The notes: a model not told the origin generated them from the letters alone. Numbered from the stretch's first letter, positions 19,412-31,610 are shown. The stretch is DNA of 64,000 nt from Candidatus Marinacidobacterales bacterium (GCA_965219415.1 CBDCNP010000002.1:4256001-4320000), one strand, 5' to 3'. Numbers and translations: made by a program.

Positions 19412-20305
19412 TCAACCCAGCGGCTCGAGACAGGCCGCGAGTTCACGCGCCTCGTCGACTGATAGGTTTTGCAGCGGCGCGCGCACGCCACCGCCGTCGA
19501 AGCCACGCTGACGGGAGGCAGCCTTGACTTTGGCAACATAGTTGCCTCTCCAGATGCAGAGCAGCGACGGGATCATGCGCGACCACAGTTCCATTGCGCC
19601 CGCGATATCATTGCTGGCGACCAGTTCAAACAGGCGCACGCTCTCGCGCGGCATGTAGTTTGCGGCACCCCAGATACATCCTTGCGCCCCGGCGATGAAG
19701 CTGAAAACGGTATTGGGATCGCAACCGTTCAACACCATGTATCCGGTGGCGAGGTATTCCTGGTGGGTGGTCAGGTCGCCGGCGCTGTCCTTGATGTAGT
19801 TGAAATGCTCAAGCTGGTTCAGGCGTTTGAACAGGTCGACCGAAATACCGATGCCGGTGGTTTGCGGGATGTTATAGCCGATGATGTCGGTTTCGACCGC
19901 GGCATCGATGGCCTGGTAAAACGCAAACAACCCGTCATCGTCTTCGGGGCCTTCGAGGTAGGGCGGCAAGATCATCAACGCATCGGCGCCAAGTCCCTGA
20001 GCATGTTTGCTGCGCTCGATCACTTCGTCGAGCACCAGCGCCGAGGTCTGGCAAATCAGTTTACAGCGTCCGTCGATACGCCCGGCGCCGAGCTCGTAAA
20101 GCTGATTGCATTCCTTACGGGTCAGGTAGGGATGCTGCCCGGTGCCGGCACCGAGCACCAGCCCATGGACGCCAGCGTCGATATAGAGGTCGATTAATTC
20201 TTCCCAGCGTGCATAGTCGATGCTGCCGTCGGCATGCATCGGGGTTTGCATCGCCAGGTTGATTCCGGTCAGTTCGCTCAATGATTTCTCCGTCTGTCCT
20301 GGCAC
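19412..20305 (-). CDS. Dihydrodipicolinate-synthase-family lyase
   Basis: TPM..DGSID, GTGQ, PPY, YNIPQTTG, IKDS (Schiff-base Lys). Confidence 0.9.
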   Translation of the reverse strand: MPGQTEKSLSELTGINLAMQTPMHADGSIDYARWEELIDLYIDAGVHGLVLGAGTGQHPYLTRKECNQLYELGAGRIDGRCKLICQTSALVLDEVIERSKHAQGLGADALMILPPYLEGPEDDDGLFAFYQAIDAAVETDIIGYNIPQTTGIGISVDLFKRLNQLEHFNYIKDSAGDLTTHQEYLATGYMVLNGCDPNTVFSFIAGAQGCIWGAANYMPRESVRLFELVASNDIAGAMELWSRMIPSLLCIWRGNYVAKVKAASRQRGFDGGGVRAPLQNLSVDEARELAACLEPLG

Positions 20306-20356
20306 CTCTCGTGTGCCTCCAGTACCAGCTGAGGTACATCGCGTTGTAGTTGGCTT

Positions 20357-21373
20357 TCAGTTGTCATTTTTGATCTGCCGAGTGACCATCTTGGCGATCT
20401 GAATGTCCTGGATTGCGACTCCGGTCAGATCCGCCACCGTGATTTGGTCTTCGCTGGTTCGACCGATTTCGGGGTTCTTGATCACGTTGCCCAATTCAAG
20501 AATAGAAGCCTCTTCGATCTTGTTATCTTTCACCGCATGGAAGCACTCGCCGTGATCGACACATTGTGAAACGCTGTCCGCCACCACTCGATCGGCCTTT
20601 GCCAGGAGCTCGGCCTCCAGCTCCTCTTTGCCGTCTGCATCCGATCCCATGGCGGTGATGTGCGTTCCCTTTTGGACCTGATCCGATCCCATGGCGGTGA
20701 TGTGCGTTCCCTTTTGGACCTGATCGGCCCGAATCAAAGGCTCCTTAGCCGATGTTGCGGTTACGATGAGGTTGCATTGCGAAAGCAGGTCATCGATTTG
20801 CGTTGCCGCTCTTAGGTCCAGCCCCCAAGCCTGGATAGCTTCTCTCGCCTGTAGATCCTCAATCATTCCTTTCACTTTGTTCGCGTCTCTGCCCCATATG
20901 AAACAGCTTTGACAGTCAACAACATCCTTCAACAGTTCGAGTTGCATCCTCGCCTGCACGCCGGTGCCGACGATCCCTATGTGTTGGACGTTGTCGGGAG
21001 CCAGATGCTTCGCGGCTACCGCCCCGGCCGCTGCGGTGCGCATATCGGTGAGCCAGCACTCGTCGTGGAGAATAAGTTTGAGGTGCCCCGTCTTCTGACT
21101 GAATACCAGAATCACTCCGTCGGCAACCGGTAGATCCAGTTCGGCATTGTTGTAAAAGCCGGATGCCATCTTGAGAACATATAACTCATCGCCGGTTACG
21201 AAGCCGTATTTAATATGAACGTCACCTGGCGGTTCATCGAAATGTAAGAAACCTACAGGCGGAACGACCACCTTATCTTCGGAATAGAGAACGAAACCGG
21301 CTTCGATCTCCCTGATGAGCTGCGGGATATCGATCAGACGCTTGATCTCATCGAGTTTGAGTACTTTAGGCAT
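20357..21373 (-). CDS. Ornithine cyclodeaminase / mu-crystallin family protein
   Basis: LTDMRTAAAG, GTGVQA, GTHITAMGSD, DLTGVAIQD. Confidence 0.9.
   Translation of the reverse strand: MPKVLKLDEIKRLIDIPQLIREIEAGFVLYSEDKVVVPPVGFLHFDEPPGDVHIKYGFVTGDELYVLKMASGFYNNAELDLPVADGVILVFSQKTGHLKLILHDECWLTDMRTAAAGAVAAKHLAPDNVQHIGIVGTGVQARMQLELLKDVVDCQSCFIWGRDANKVKGMIEDLQAREAIQAWGLDLRAATQIDDLLSQCNLIVTATSAKEPLIRADQVQKGTHITAMGSDQVQKGTHITAMGSDADGKEELEAELLAKADRVVADSVSQCVDHGECFHAVKDNKIEEASILELGNVIKNPEIGRTSEDQITVADLTGVAIQDIQIAKMVTRQIKNDN
20639..20722. repeat. Perfect 42-bp in-frame tandem duplication
   Basis: DQVQKGTHITAMGS occurs twice. Confidence 0.95.
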
Positions 21374-21390
21374 TGTCGAAACCCTCCTTT

Positions 21391-21801
21391 TTAGCCTCGG
21401 TTGTCGCCGCTGAGACCGCTGTAGACTGAAATGATCACGCCTGCGATCAGCATCTTTCCGCCCCAGTCGCCGAACACGTCGGTCGCAACCGCCACCAGCG
21501 GTGCTTCGGTGTTGTTTGCAAGCTCGGGCCCGTTGAACGCATAAAATAGAAGGATCGTACTCGCACCGATGCTTGCAGCGGAGGGCCACTCGGGAATGGC
21601 GAGGTTCTCGACGTTTGTCACAAATAGCCCGGCGCCCAGCAGTAACAGTAGCGGCACCAGCTTGGCCAGCGTGTTGAAAATGTATAAACGCATTCCCGCT
21701 TTGACGCCCCGGACGTTGACAGCAGCCAGGAACGTCAACAACGCTATGACACCGGTTCCAATCACGCGTACCAGTCCTTCGTCTTGCACGCTATCCGACA
21801 C
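21391..21801 (-). pseudogene. APC-family amino-acid permease, internally deleted (136 aa)
   Basis: LVRVIG, NVRGVKAG, KLVPL, FYAFNGPE and APL motifs are joined with the intervening helices missing. Confidence 0.7.
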
Positions 21802-21872
21802 GGCTATGAATTACCCCTTGTTGCTCTTAATTGTCGGCAGACTTTGTATCGCGTCAACGTTCTACAGGCGTT

Positions 21873-22985
21873 CTACAGGCGATCGCGCGCGGTGTGCAAA
21901 TAATAATCGACCACCTCGCCAGCGGTATCAATCACGTGGATGCCCGGGTAGCGGATCGTTGTGGGACAAATGTGACCCGGCACCGCCAGGAAATAGTCGC
22001 CCACACGAGGCAGTTCACCCGAGATCCGGAAGACTCCATGCTCTTCGTCCTGCAATATGAGTTGCGCCCCGTCCTGGCCAAGCAAGTAAGCCCTTTCCTC
22101 GACCGGAAGATCTCCACTGATTCCCTTGTATCCCAGGTCCGTGGTGATCGTCCCCGCGTCCGGATACCGGTCCACCACTTGGGTCAGGATCAGGGCAGCG
22201 CAGCGAAACGGAATGTCGGGCATCGCCGTACTAAAGCCCGCGTCCCAGTAGATAAATGTCCCCGGTGAACCGTACATGCCCTCGGTGCGCGCGTAGTAGG
22301 CAAACGAAAAGCTGCCGCCGGCGACCACGCACGGAACGGGCATCCCCGCCGACTCGATCTGCTGCTGAAACTCCCGAAGCGACTCGATGTTTCGCTGCGC
22401 TGCCGCCTCGCGTTGAACCGCGTCGCTAAAGTTATCGTGTCCGTCGTACAAGTGAAATCCGGATGGCTGTAAGAACTGGTGTGCGTCGATTTCCCGATAC
22501 AACTTTGCGGCATCCGGGCCGAATCCAATTCCCGTACGGTGCATGCCGGCATCCAGATCCAGCATCGCGCGCAGCGACTGTTTTCGGCGTGCGGCGACGG
22601 TGGCCAGCACGTCGAGGTGAAACGGGGTACTGACGATGGTGGCGATCCACGCGTCCGGGTAGGACGAGGTCAGGTCGCAGAGACGCTCGATTTTGCGCTC
22701 CTGGACCTGAGGATAGGAGAGAATCGCCTTGTGTGCTCCGGCCTGTAGCACCGTTTCCAGTTCCTTCAACGTGGCGCACTTGAACCCGTCAATGCCAGCT
22801 TCGACCTGTTTGCGCGCGACCGCCTCCGATTTATGCGTCTTGACGTGGGCGATCAGATTCTGGCCGCCACCCACCATTTCGCAGACACTTCGAATATTGT
22901 GGTCCATCATGTCCTGAAAAAGCAGCATGGTCGGCGTTTCCAACGCGTCCGGGTCGGCGACGCAATAATCCTGGTAGGTGATCAT
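21873..22985 (-). CDS. D-threonine aldolase / DSD1-like PLP enzyme (alanine-racemase fold)
   Basis: HVKTHKS, GMHRTG, YDGH, EEHG, PGHICPT. Confidence 0.9.
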   Translation of the reverse strand: MITYQDYCVADPDALETPTMLLFQDMMDHNIRSVCEMVGGGQNLIAHVKTHKSEAVARKQVEAGIDGFKCATLKELETVLQAGAHKAILSYPQVQERKIERLCDLTSSYPDAWIATIVSTPFHLDVLATVAARRKQSLRAMLDLDAGMHRTGIGFGPDAAKLYREIDAHQFLQPSGFHLYDGHDNFSDAVQREAAAQRNIESLREFQQQIESAGMPVPCVVAGGSFSFAYYARTEGMYGSPGTFIYWDAGFSTAMPDIPFRCAALILTQVVDRYPDAGTITTDLGYKGISGDLPVEERAYLLGQDGAQLILQDEEHGVFRISGELPRVGDYFLAVPGHICPTTIRYPGIHVIDTAGEVVDYYLHTARDRL

Positions 22986-23080
22986 CGATACATTCCTTAA
23001 GAGTCGATGTACTGGATTTGACTCATCTGTTGAGCGGCTTCGAAAATCGCGTCCGCCACAGCCAAGTCCTGGATTGCGGG

Positions 23081-23161
23081 GGATAGGGATTTTGATCGCG
23101 GGTGCTCCTCGGACGCCGGTGCGGTTTAACCCCCGTGGCTGCGTCTCCCCTCTTTTGGAAG
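23081..23161 (-). mobile_element. ISCR/IS91-type oriIS end remnant
   Basis: Homologous to 40214-40295; ends AAAATCCCTATCC. Confidence 0.7.
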
Positions 23162-23259
23162 CTGATATCCATCGGTTCTTTCTCCTCTAGAATGCTGAGT
23201 CGATTCTAGTATACCCATGCGTACGAGTAAGAGATATTGTCAAGAGTTGTGGATCAACG

Positions 23260-24241
23260 CGGTCGGACGAAGTTGTAATAGCAACGGAGCAACTCCAGGT
23301 GCTCATCGAGCCTCTCCGTCGAGCGAGCGTGGGAAAGCGTTCGTCTCGAAAGGTATGCCGAGCTTTGCCGGATGGTCAGATTCAACCGCTCGATGAACGC
23401 CGTGTTCAATGTCGAGGAGTCCTCGGAGTTATTGAGCGCGTCTTCGAATCGCCACGCGGCTCCGTGCAGCGCTCTGCGTTCGACCTTGATGATACGATTG
23501 TTCCTGCGCGTCTTGAGGACCTGGCCGTAGAGACACGCCGGCCCGAAGAAGCGACGGATGACCTTCTGGTAGAATTCGAATCCATCCGTGACGATCAGGG
23601 GAAGACGTCCGAAATTCATCCGTCTCGAAAGGTCGCGAAACAGAGCGTGAGTGTTCCGGTAGCTTCGCCTTCCCGTCACCGTCGATGGCCAGAGCCGAGA
23701 CCAGACTTCGATCGTAACGAAGACCCAACTCGGCGTCTTCTTGTTGCCCGCGAACGTGCGAATCTCGTCGGCTTGGAGCTCTTCGGCAGCGAAGCCAGCG
23801 ATCCTTCTGTGGTTGAATCGACGACACACTTGGGCTGCCTTCTCGAGCCAGCGGGCGACGGTGTTCCAGGCAATCCCTTCGATCCGAGAAATCGCGGAAA
23901 TGCTGACACCCTCGACTCTGAGAGCGATGACCCCATCGAAAGTAGCTCTTCGATGTTGGAGACGGTAGTAGGGCGTGCCTTTCGTCGAGGAGAACGTCTT
24001 TCCGCACTCGCCGCACCGGTATCGACGGCGTTTCCCGGACCTGGTTCGGTAGAATCCGTGGCGAACGATGTTTCCGGAACTGACTTTGCCCCGCAACGGA
24101 CATGCGAGATTGAGACATCTGCGATTCTTCACTTCGGCTCGGCCCTGACGATGAGAGAACTGTGTCTTCGGAATTCTGGTCCAAACTCTAGCACGCAGAC
24201 CGGTTAGGGGCTGGCCGCCAACACTTAATTGCGGAAGCACC
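23260..24241 (-). mobile_element. IS1-like element copy 2, 3'-truncated
   Basis: Near-identical to 16727-17706; one TIR at 24241. Confidence 0.9.
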
Positions 24242-24242
24242 A

Positions 24243-24593
24243 GTCTTCATGAAACAAGTAGCGCTCGACCTTGCCGCGTTCGACGACAGCTTTCTCCGAG
24301 GCTACTCGCACCTCATCATCGACCGAGATTCGAAATACACAACGGAGTTTCGAGAAGTCCTGAAGGAAAACGACATGGACATCGTCCCGATTCCGACAAA
24401 ATCTCCGAACTGCAATCCCGTCGTGTCCAAAAATACAAACGAACTCAAGACTCCGCTCGCCGGGCCGTTTCGTATTAGACGTGTCTACGCTTGGTTCGCC
24501 AATGGAAGCTAGAATCCTCGGTGATGAGCACGCCGAGCCAGCCCTTGACATTGTTGGTCGTCGCCATCGCTACATCCGTAGGAATCTGGACCG
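24243..24593 (+). pseudogene. rve transposase fragment + D-end
   Basis: LIIDRDSKYT..SPNCNP; CGTCGTGTCCAAAAATACAAACGAACTC at 24419. Confidence 0.75.
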
Positions 24594-24771
24594 CGTCCTG
24601 TGCCAAAACTCAGCCCTTTTGAAATAGCCCATAAATCAGCGACTTAGAGTCTGTGTTTGTGGCCGTGCCCAGGGCCGGGCACGAACGAACGACGAAATCA
24701 TGCAGGCATGGTGCCGGCAGACCGGAGATCAATCAAGTTCGGTGCGCGCGGATGAATAAATAGAAGGCACA
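24594..24771 (+). mobile_element. Second type of A/B hybrid mini-element (178 bp)
   Basis: A-end and B-end facing outward. Confidence 0.8.
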
Positions 24772-24791
24772 CCCGATTTTAGCCTCCTCCC

Positions 24792-25991
24792 TTACAGCTC
24801 TCGAAGCGCCGTTGCCACCGGCATGCGGGCGGCGCGGACAGCGGGAAAGAGCCCGCCCACCAACCCGATGGCCGAGGCGTAGACGATCCCCTGCACCAGC
24901 AGCTCCGGCGTGACATCAAAGGCAAAGGCTACTTGGGAGAAAGTTTGCCAATTGAGCGTTGCGGCGCGGAAACCGTCGAAGACAATGTAAGCCAGACCGC
25001 CACCGATCGCCCCACCCACCAGAGCCAGAACGAGAGACTCGACAAGAACCGAGATCACCACCGGAGCTCCACGGAATCCAAGCGCGCGCAGCGTCGCGAT
25101 CTCTCGTGTCCGTGAAGAAACAGCGGTGTACATCGTATTCAAGGCACTGAAGATGGCACCGATCCCCATCAACACCACCACCAGCGTGCCCAGACCGGTG
25201 ATGAGGTTGGTGACCATCGTCGACTGCTCTGCATAAAAGTCGGTCTGGCGCACCACCTTGACGTTGAGGCGCGGATCTGTGGTGAGCCGATCCTTGAAAT
25301 CCTGGAACGCGTTGGGCGAATCGAGCTTCGCATAGACCGCTTGAAAGCTGTTCCCGCGCCTGTAGGCCGGCTGCAGTACAGCCGCATCAGTCCAGATCTC
25401 GGACTCGGCGATGCCGCCGTTCGCGGCAAAGCGGCCGACCACCGACCATTCGACCTTTCCGACCGGGATCTTGTCTCCCACTTCCAGACCGGCGAACTCT
25501 AGACTTGCTCCGGAACCCACGATAACTTCGTTCTTCCCCCATTCGAACTTGCGCCCTTCGATGATTTCTAGAGCGTCGCGCACCTCGTAGGCTGCTCGCT
25601 CGACGCCTCGGAGAGGAACATTAGCATCGGAGCCGGTAGACCGCATGGGCATATTAATAATGACGAAGAGCTCCGCCGAAGCCTTCGGGCCTTCCGCACC
25701 GCGAGCCACACCCTCGGTGTCGACGATGATGCGGGTGGTCGGGCCACCGAGATCGCTCATCATCTCGCCGTCGGCGCCGCTCCGGAGAATGATCGCGGTG
25801 TCGGGAGATCCGGACACGGTCATGGCATGTTGGAACCCCTTCGCGATCGACAAAACGGCGACCAAGACCGCCACCACGCCGGCGATTCCGAAGACCGCCG
25901 CTGCGGTGGACCCTTTGCGGGAGAGGACGGTCATCAGGTTGAACGTCGAAAGCGAGAAGACCTGTCGGAGCCAATTGATGGGGCCGGTCAT
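24792..25991 (-). CDS. MacB/FtsX-like ABC permease
   Basis: RTREIATLRALGF; periplasmic domain plus C-terminal TM helices. Confidence 0.9.
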   Translation of the reverse strand: MTGPINWLRQVFSLSTFNLMTVLSRKGSTAAAVFGIAGVVAVLVAVLSIAKGFQHAMTVSGSPDTAIILRSGADGEMMSDLGGPTTRIIVDTEGVARGAEGPKASAELFVIINMPMRSTGSDANVPLRGVERAAYEVRDALEIIEGRKFEWGKNEVIVGSGASLEFAGLEVGDKIPVGKVEWSVVGRFAANGGIAESEIWTDAAVLQPAYRRGNSFQAVYAKLDSPNAFQDFKDRLTTDPRLNVKVVRQTDFYAEQSTMVTNLITGLGTLVVVLMGIGAIFSALNTMYTAVSSRTREIATLRALGFRGAPVVISVLVESLVLALVGGAIGGGLAYIVFDGFRAATLNWQTFSQVAFAFDVTPELLVQGIVYASAIGLVGGLFPAVRAARMPVATALREL

Positions 25992-25994
25992 GGA

Positions 25995-27145
25995 CTACAA
26001 CCTCCTGAGCGCGTCGGCAATGCGGAGTCGTCCTGCCTCGACGGCAGGCAGGATGCCCGCAGCGAAACCGAGTGCGAAGACCAGCACGACCCCCAGCACA
26101 ATGTCCCGAGGTGGAAAGAAAAAGACGGGGAGAGCCCCGTTGGTGGGATCGCCCAACGAGATCAAGAACCACCCGATGCCGAGCCCCAAGAGACCCCCCA
26201 TGGCGGCGAGTGACAGGGCCTCCGCCAGAACCAGACCCAATACCTGCCGGTCGGTAAAACCGACTGCCTTGAGGACCGCTAGCTCTCCGACCCGCTCACG
26301 CACCGAGTAAGCCATCGTATTCCCCGCCACCAATAAGATCGTGAAGAATACCGCGGCAAGTATCGCCATGATGATGGTCCCGATGTCTCCAACCTGGTTT
26401 GCGAACGCTTGGACGAATGCGCCCTCGGTCTCGGCCTTGGTCTCGAAGGGAGAATTCGCGAACTGATCGTCGATCGCCTTGGCCACGTCGACCGCTTTAT
26501 CCGGATCCTCGACGCGGACGTAGTACCAGCCGATCTGCCCTCTTCCGAAATCTCGGGCCTCGTCGAAAAAATCATGTCGAAAGAAGAAATTCGAAGTATC
26601 GGTCCCCTTCTCGGCGCCTTCGTAGATGCCCACCAGGTCGAACTCCCAGGTCTGCTTACCCCCGCCATGGGTCCAAATGGTGGCTTGAATCGGGATGCGA
26701 TCCCCCACCTTCCACCCGAAGCGATCGGCGGTGACCCGTCCGGCGATGGCACCGGTTCTCGTCTCGAGCCAGCGCGCCTTCTCCTCTTCGGTGATGAGGT
26801 ACTCCGGATACATTTCCAGAAACTCTTCCGGTTTCACCGGCATCTGCGCGAAGAAGTTCTTGGGTTCCTGGTAGATTCCGCCGAACCAGGTGGCGTGCGT
26901 GGCATCGGCGACGCTCGGTATCTGCTCGATCCGCGCCTCGTAGCTTTCGGGCAATTGTTGAATGATGGAGACCTTGTGCCGAACGATCAACCGGTCGGCG
27001 CCGGCGACATCCACGCCCGAGCTCAGCGCCACTCGAATGGCGGCAAGGTATCCGAACAGGAGAAAGGCGACCGCAATCGACAAGAGCGTGAGAAGTGTGC
27101 GGACTTTCTTGCGGTTGAGGTTGCTCCAGACCAGGTTGACGAACC

Positions 27146-27149
<4 letters not shown>
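25995..27149 (-). CDS. MacB/FtsX-like ABC permease
   Basis: RERVGELAVLKAVGF. Confidence 0.9.
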
Positions 27150-27840
<691 letters not shown>

Positions 27841-27844
<4 letters not shown>

Positions 27845-28690
27845 CGACTGCGCTCCTCTACCCGTTCTCCATCTGCCAGTTCGTCTGGTCCTTCTACCAC
27901 CACGCTCTCTCCGGGCGAGATCCCGGAAAGAACCAGCGCTTCCCCGTCTTCAATCGTTCCCAGCCTCACCGCGCGTCGCTCGACCTGTCCATCACAAACG
28001 ACGAAGACCACGTCTCGACCTTCGTCGCGGCTAACGGCTCCCTTCGGAATCCTCACCGCGCTGCCACCGGCTTGCTCCGCTTCGTCGCCCTGGAATGCCA
28101 CCTTGACTCCCATGTCCGGAAGAACGCGCGGATCGAGCTCGTCAAACCCAATGCGCACTCGCACGGTCGCGCGATCGCGATCGGCGGTCGGGACGATGGC
28201 GATGACGTGACTCGGAATGCGCCAGGTTGGGTAAGCGTCGAGCGTAGCTTCGACCGTTTGCCCCGCTTGAACACGATTGATGTAGCTCTCGTTGACGTCG
28301 ACCTCGATCTCGAGTGAACTCATGTCGACAACGGTCCCGATCCCGGTCCGGGTGAACCCTCCGCCGGCCGAGACCGGAGAGATCATCTCGCCCGGCTGTG
28401 CATTTTTGGTGGTGACGACGCCGTCGAAGGGCGCGCGGATGATCGTATCTTCCAGCTGTTGATTCCACACCGCAATGCGTCTCTCCGCGACCGTTTCTTC
28501 TTCGCCCTGTCTCGCCATGCGCGCCTCGATGACGTCGACGCTGGCCTGCACCCGATCGAGCTCCGCTTGACTGACCACCGAATCCGCGACGAGCGCCTTG
28601 GTCCGGTCGAGATTCAGATTCGCTTCGGCGAGCCGGACTTTCGTTTCCTCGAGTGCGGTTTTGACCGCTACCAGCTCCGCGCGAGCCAGC
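27841..28690 (-). pseudogene. RND-type periplasmic adaptor, 5'-truncated
   Basis: IRAPFDGVV lipoyl motif; N-terminal anchor and first lipoyl half missing. Confidence 0.8.
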
Positions 28691-28731
28691 CGAAAGCTGG
28701 GTAGTGGTCTAGTTTGGACGTTCCTCATCTC

Positions 28732-29397
28732 TCAGTCGCAACTCGCCTGGATCGCCGCACTAGACCCTGTCAGCTGCCAGGAGAACACGGCCGAATTTTG
28801 CCCGTACCAGGGAAGGGCCACCGCGAGAGTCTCTCCTCCCGACAACGCTGATATAGCCTGCGAGCTGTTCTTGAATATAAGGTCATTGTCGCCCCACGAC
28901 TGGATCACTCTCCAGCTGGCGGTGCTCCCTCCGTCCACACGGACAGAGACGTTGTAGGTTGTATACCCGTCGGCAATGTCACCACCAGTGAGATTGGGCG
29001 CCTCAGAGAAGCGCATCCACGCCCGATTGCAGTCGACGAACAGTCTGCTGGTTATGTCGCTGTACGGAAACGTCATAGCCCTAGATGGGCCAACGGTGTC
29101 ACTCGCAGCGCCGACACCCGTGGCATCGCCGAACTCATCGACGAAGTTAGTCGTGTCCCACGCCGGCCTAACTGGTTCTGGCGCCGGGAGGGCCGGTTCG
29201 GCTGCCGCTTCCTCAGATTCCGGTTCCGATGGATCGTCCTGCGAAAGCGACGCGCCAGCCCCGGCCAACATAAGCGACAGAATCCAGATCCCAACCGACC
29301 AGATGCGGTTCGGCAGCCTGGCCACCTGCGGGTTGACAAGTCCGACTACGGCCCACACGAAGACGGCCAGCGATACGAGTAACAGAAAATCACCCAT
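28732..29397 (-). CDS. Hypothetical membrane-anchored protein
   Basis: Two N-terminal TM helices, Pro/Glu linker, VDEFGD motif; RBS-like GAGG. Confidence 0.7.
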   Translation of the reverse strand: MGDFLLLVSLAVFVWAVVGLVNPQVARLPNRIWSVGIWILSLMLAGAGASLSQDDPSEPESEEAAAEPALPAPEPVRPAWDTTNFVDEFGDATGVGAASDTVGPSRAMTFPYSDITSRLFVDCNRAWMRFSEAPNLTGGDIADGYTTYNVSVRVDGGSTASWRVIQSWGDNDLIFKNSSQAISALSGGETLAVALPWYGQNSAVFSWQLTGSSAAIQASCD

Positions 29398-29617
29398 GCG
29401 TTCCTCTTCCTCTCCGACGATACCAAACTAGACCACTACCTAATGTTCCGGCGTCAGAGCATAACTGTGCGTGACCTTGAACGTCGGGTCACCCGCTGAA
29501 TACAACACTCCTTCCGGGGAAATAGGCAGGAAACCTGCACTGTCACGTGCACTTTTGCCTCCTTTGCTGGTGTCCGGACACTTCTGAAACTGAGGGATCA
29601 TCTTTGAGAGAGAACTC

Positions 29618-30387
29618 CTAGATCGGTTCACCCCCTCTAAACCGGCGGGCTGCTTGACGCAACCTGATAACCATCTCTACACGTTCCCATTTGGGTTCAC
29701 ATCCAAGTTTCCGTAGGAAGGCAGCGGCTACTTCTGTGTTAGCGGCGCGTTCCTTACCACTTGGATCAATCAACGAATCCATAAATTGAATAACTTCTGA
29801 AAGCTGGCTTGCGAAAGATATAAACGCCCTTGCCCCTTCCGGATAACTAATATCGTTCACAGCATCTGTATTCATAAGGCAACCGTTTATGGCGTTCAAC
29901 GTGACATGGACTGCATCTAACGCTTCAACTGCGTTTTGCCGGCTGGCCTTAGTCAATGTGGTAGCACTGGGTGTGGTCGCTCGCTTCAGATCCGTGTGGG
30001 CGATGCGTTGATTTCTCCACTGGCGAGCGAATTCTGCGGCTTCGGTAGCTTTCTCTGACAGCCTCTCCACTTCGGAACGAAGTTCCGGAAAATCCTTACA
30101 TAATGCAGGTAGCCTTCGAACCGTGAGGTTGTCTTTTCCAGTGTTGGGATGATCTGTCATCCTGCAAATGCTCATTAGCAAGTCATCCCATAAGATGGAT
30201 TGGATCCAACCAATAAACTCACCGTTGCTGATCGCGTCTAGTAACGCAACTTTTTTGGCATCGCCGAACAACTCGCCGAACTCAAGAAGGCGCTCCTTAC
30301 ACTTTGCCCATTCATTCCACAAGGCGTAATGGATAGCCCCGAACTCTTCGCCGAGCTTGTCTTGATATTCTCGCTTCACTTCTCTCC
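29618..30387 (-). pseudogene. AbiU2-like HEPN protein, native start replaced by a mini-element
   Basis: RNQRIAH (RxxxxH-like); ICRMTD..NLTVRRL. Confidence 0.7.
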
Positions 30388-30696
30388 CGTCCTGTGCCAA
30401 AACTCGGCCCTTTTGAAATAGATCGCAAATCAGCAGTTTAGACGCCCTTGGAATCCGCGCAGAATCCAGGGTATTTCGCGCCGTAGGGCTGGCTTCCGAC
30501 CCCTGGGCTGCGGGTGGCGGGCGACAGGCCCACCGGGGGTGCACACGGCTGGCTCCAATCGGCTGCGGGGCGAGCTGCAGGCAACGAACTGTGCATCCGG
30601 AAGGAATACGTATCCGACCGCGATGCCGGATTCAAGCAGCCCTTGGAAAGGTGCAAACTGCTGACCCGATGGGCGTTCGAGTATTTTGGCCAGACG
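30388..30696 (+). mobile_element. 309-bp A/E mini-element, copy 1
   Basis: CGTCCTGTGCCAAAA...GTATTTTGGCCAGACG imperfect TIRs. Confidence 0.9.
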
Positions 30697-30736
30697 GCCA
30701 TTCGTAACGAAGTCGTCGGCATCTTTGGAACACTCC

Positions 30737-31141
30737 TCACTCAACGTCCTCACCCGTCAGGGCGTACTCGAACCGGTCGCACTCTTTCGCTAACGTCTCG
30801 ACATACAACTGCAGCTCTTCGCGATCCAGCGTCGCGGCGGGAACCTCGATTACGCCAATGAGCGCGTCCTGCTCGTCGAAGGAGAACGTGACCAGTTCTT
30901 TGGCCGCGTTCCGCCGCCACGCGCGGTACGCGAGGTCCCGCCAAGCCCTATCGGATGTCGTGACCTGCTTCGGTGGAAGCACTGAGGATCGAAACACGTA
31001 CCGGTCTTGCGTCCGCGCACATCGCACGACTTGCGTCCGGGAACGTTTCTTCAACTGGACTCGAATGTTGTGCCCCTCCCGACGCCACGAAACCAACGCA
31101 GACGTAATAAGCGCGTCGATTCGGGGGATCAGTCGTTCCAT
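30737..31141 (-). CDS. Hypothetical protein (possibly YbjN/chaperone-like fold)
   Basis: Clean ORF with RBS-like GAGGG; ..LAKECDRFEYALTGED end; a fragment of an upstream gene overlaps its start. Confidence 0.6.
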   Translation of the reverse strand: MERLIPRIDALITSALVSWRREGHNIRVQLKKRSRTQVVRCARTQDRYVFRSSVLPPKQVTTSDRAWRDLAYRAWRRNAAKELVTFSFDEQDALIGVIEVPAATLDREELQLYVETLAKECDRFEYALTGEDVE

Positions 31142-31301
31142 GGCGCCCCGCCCTCAGTGTTCTCGACGAGCGTTCGTCTGATCGCAGCAGCCGCATGGAC
31201 GGTCCGTGCCACCAGCAGCTCCAACTCCTCCCATTGGGTGAGTGCAGGACTGAACGGCAGGTCGCCCTCCACCGTCACCCGGTCGAGACGACTGTCATCC
31301 C

Positions 31302-31610
31302 CGTCCTGTGCCAAAACTCGGCCCTTTTGAAATCGACCGCAAATCAGCAGCTTAGACGCCCTTGGAATCCGCGCAGAATCCAGGGTATTTCGCGCCGCAG
31401 GACTGGCTTCCGACCCCTGGGCTTCGGGGGGCGGGCGACAGGCCCACCGGGGGTGCGCACGGCTGGCTCAAATCGGCTGCGGGGCGAGCTGCAGGCAACG
31501 AACTGCGCACCCGGAAGAAATACGTATCCGACCGCGATGCCAGATTCAAGCAGCCCTCGGAAAGGTGCAAACTGCTGACCCGCTGGGCGTTCGAGTATTT
31601 TGACCAGACG
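31302..31610 (+). mobile_element. 309-bp A/E mini-element, copy 2
   Basis: Direct repeat of 30388-30696. Confidence 0.9.

Noticed and set aside
20357-21589. 410-aa OCD with long N-terminus
   Set aside because: True start is likely ATG 21373 with AGGAGG; the extension overlaps the permease remnant
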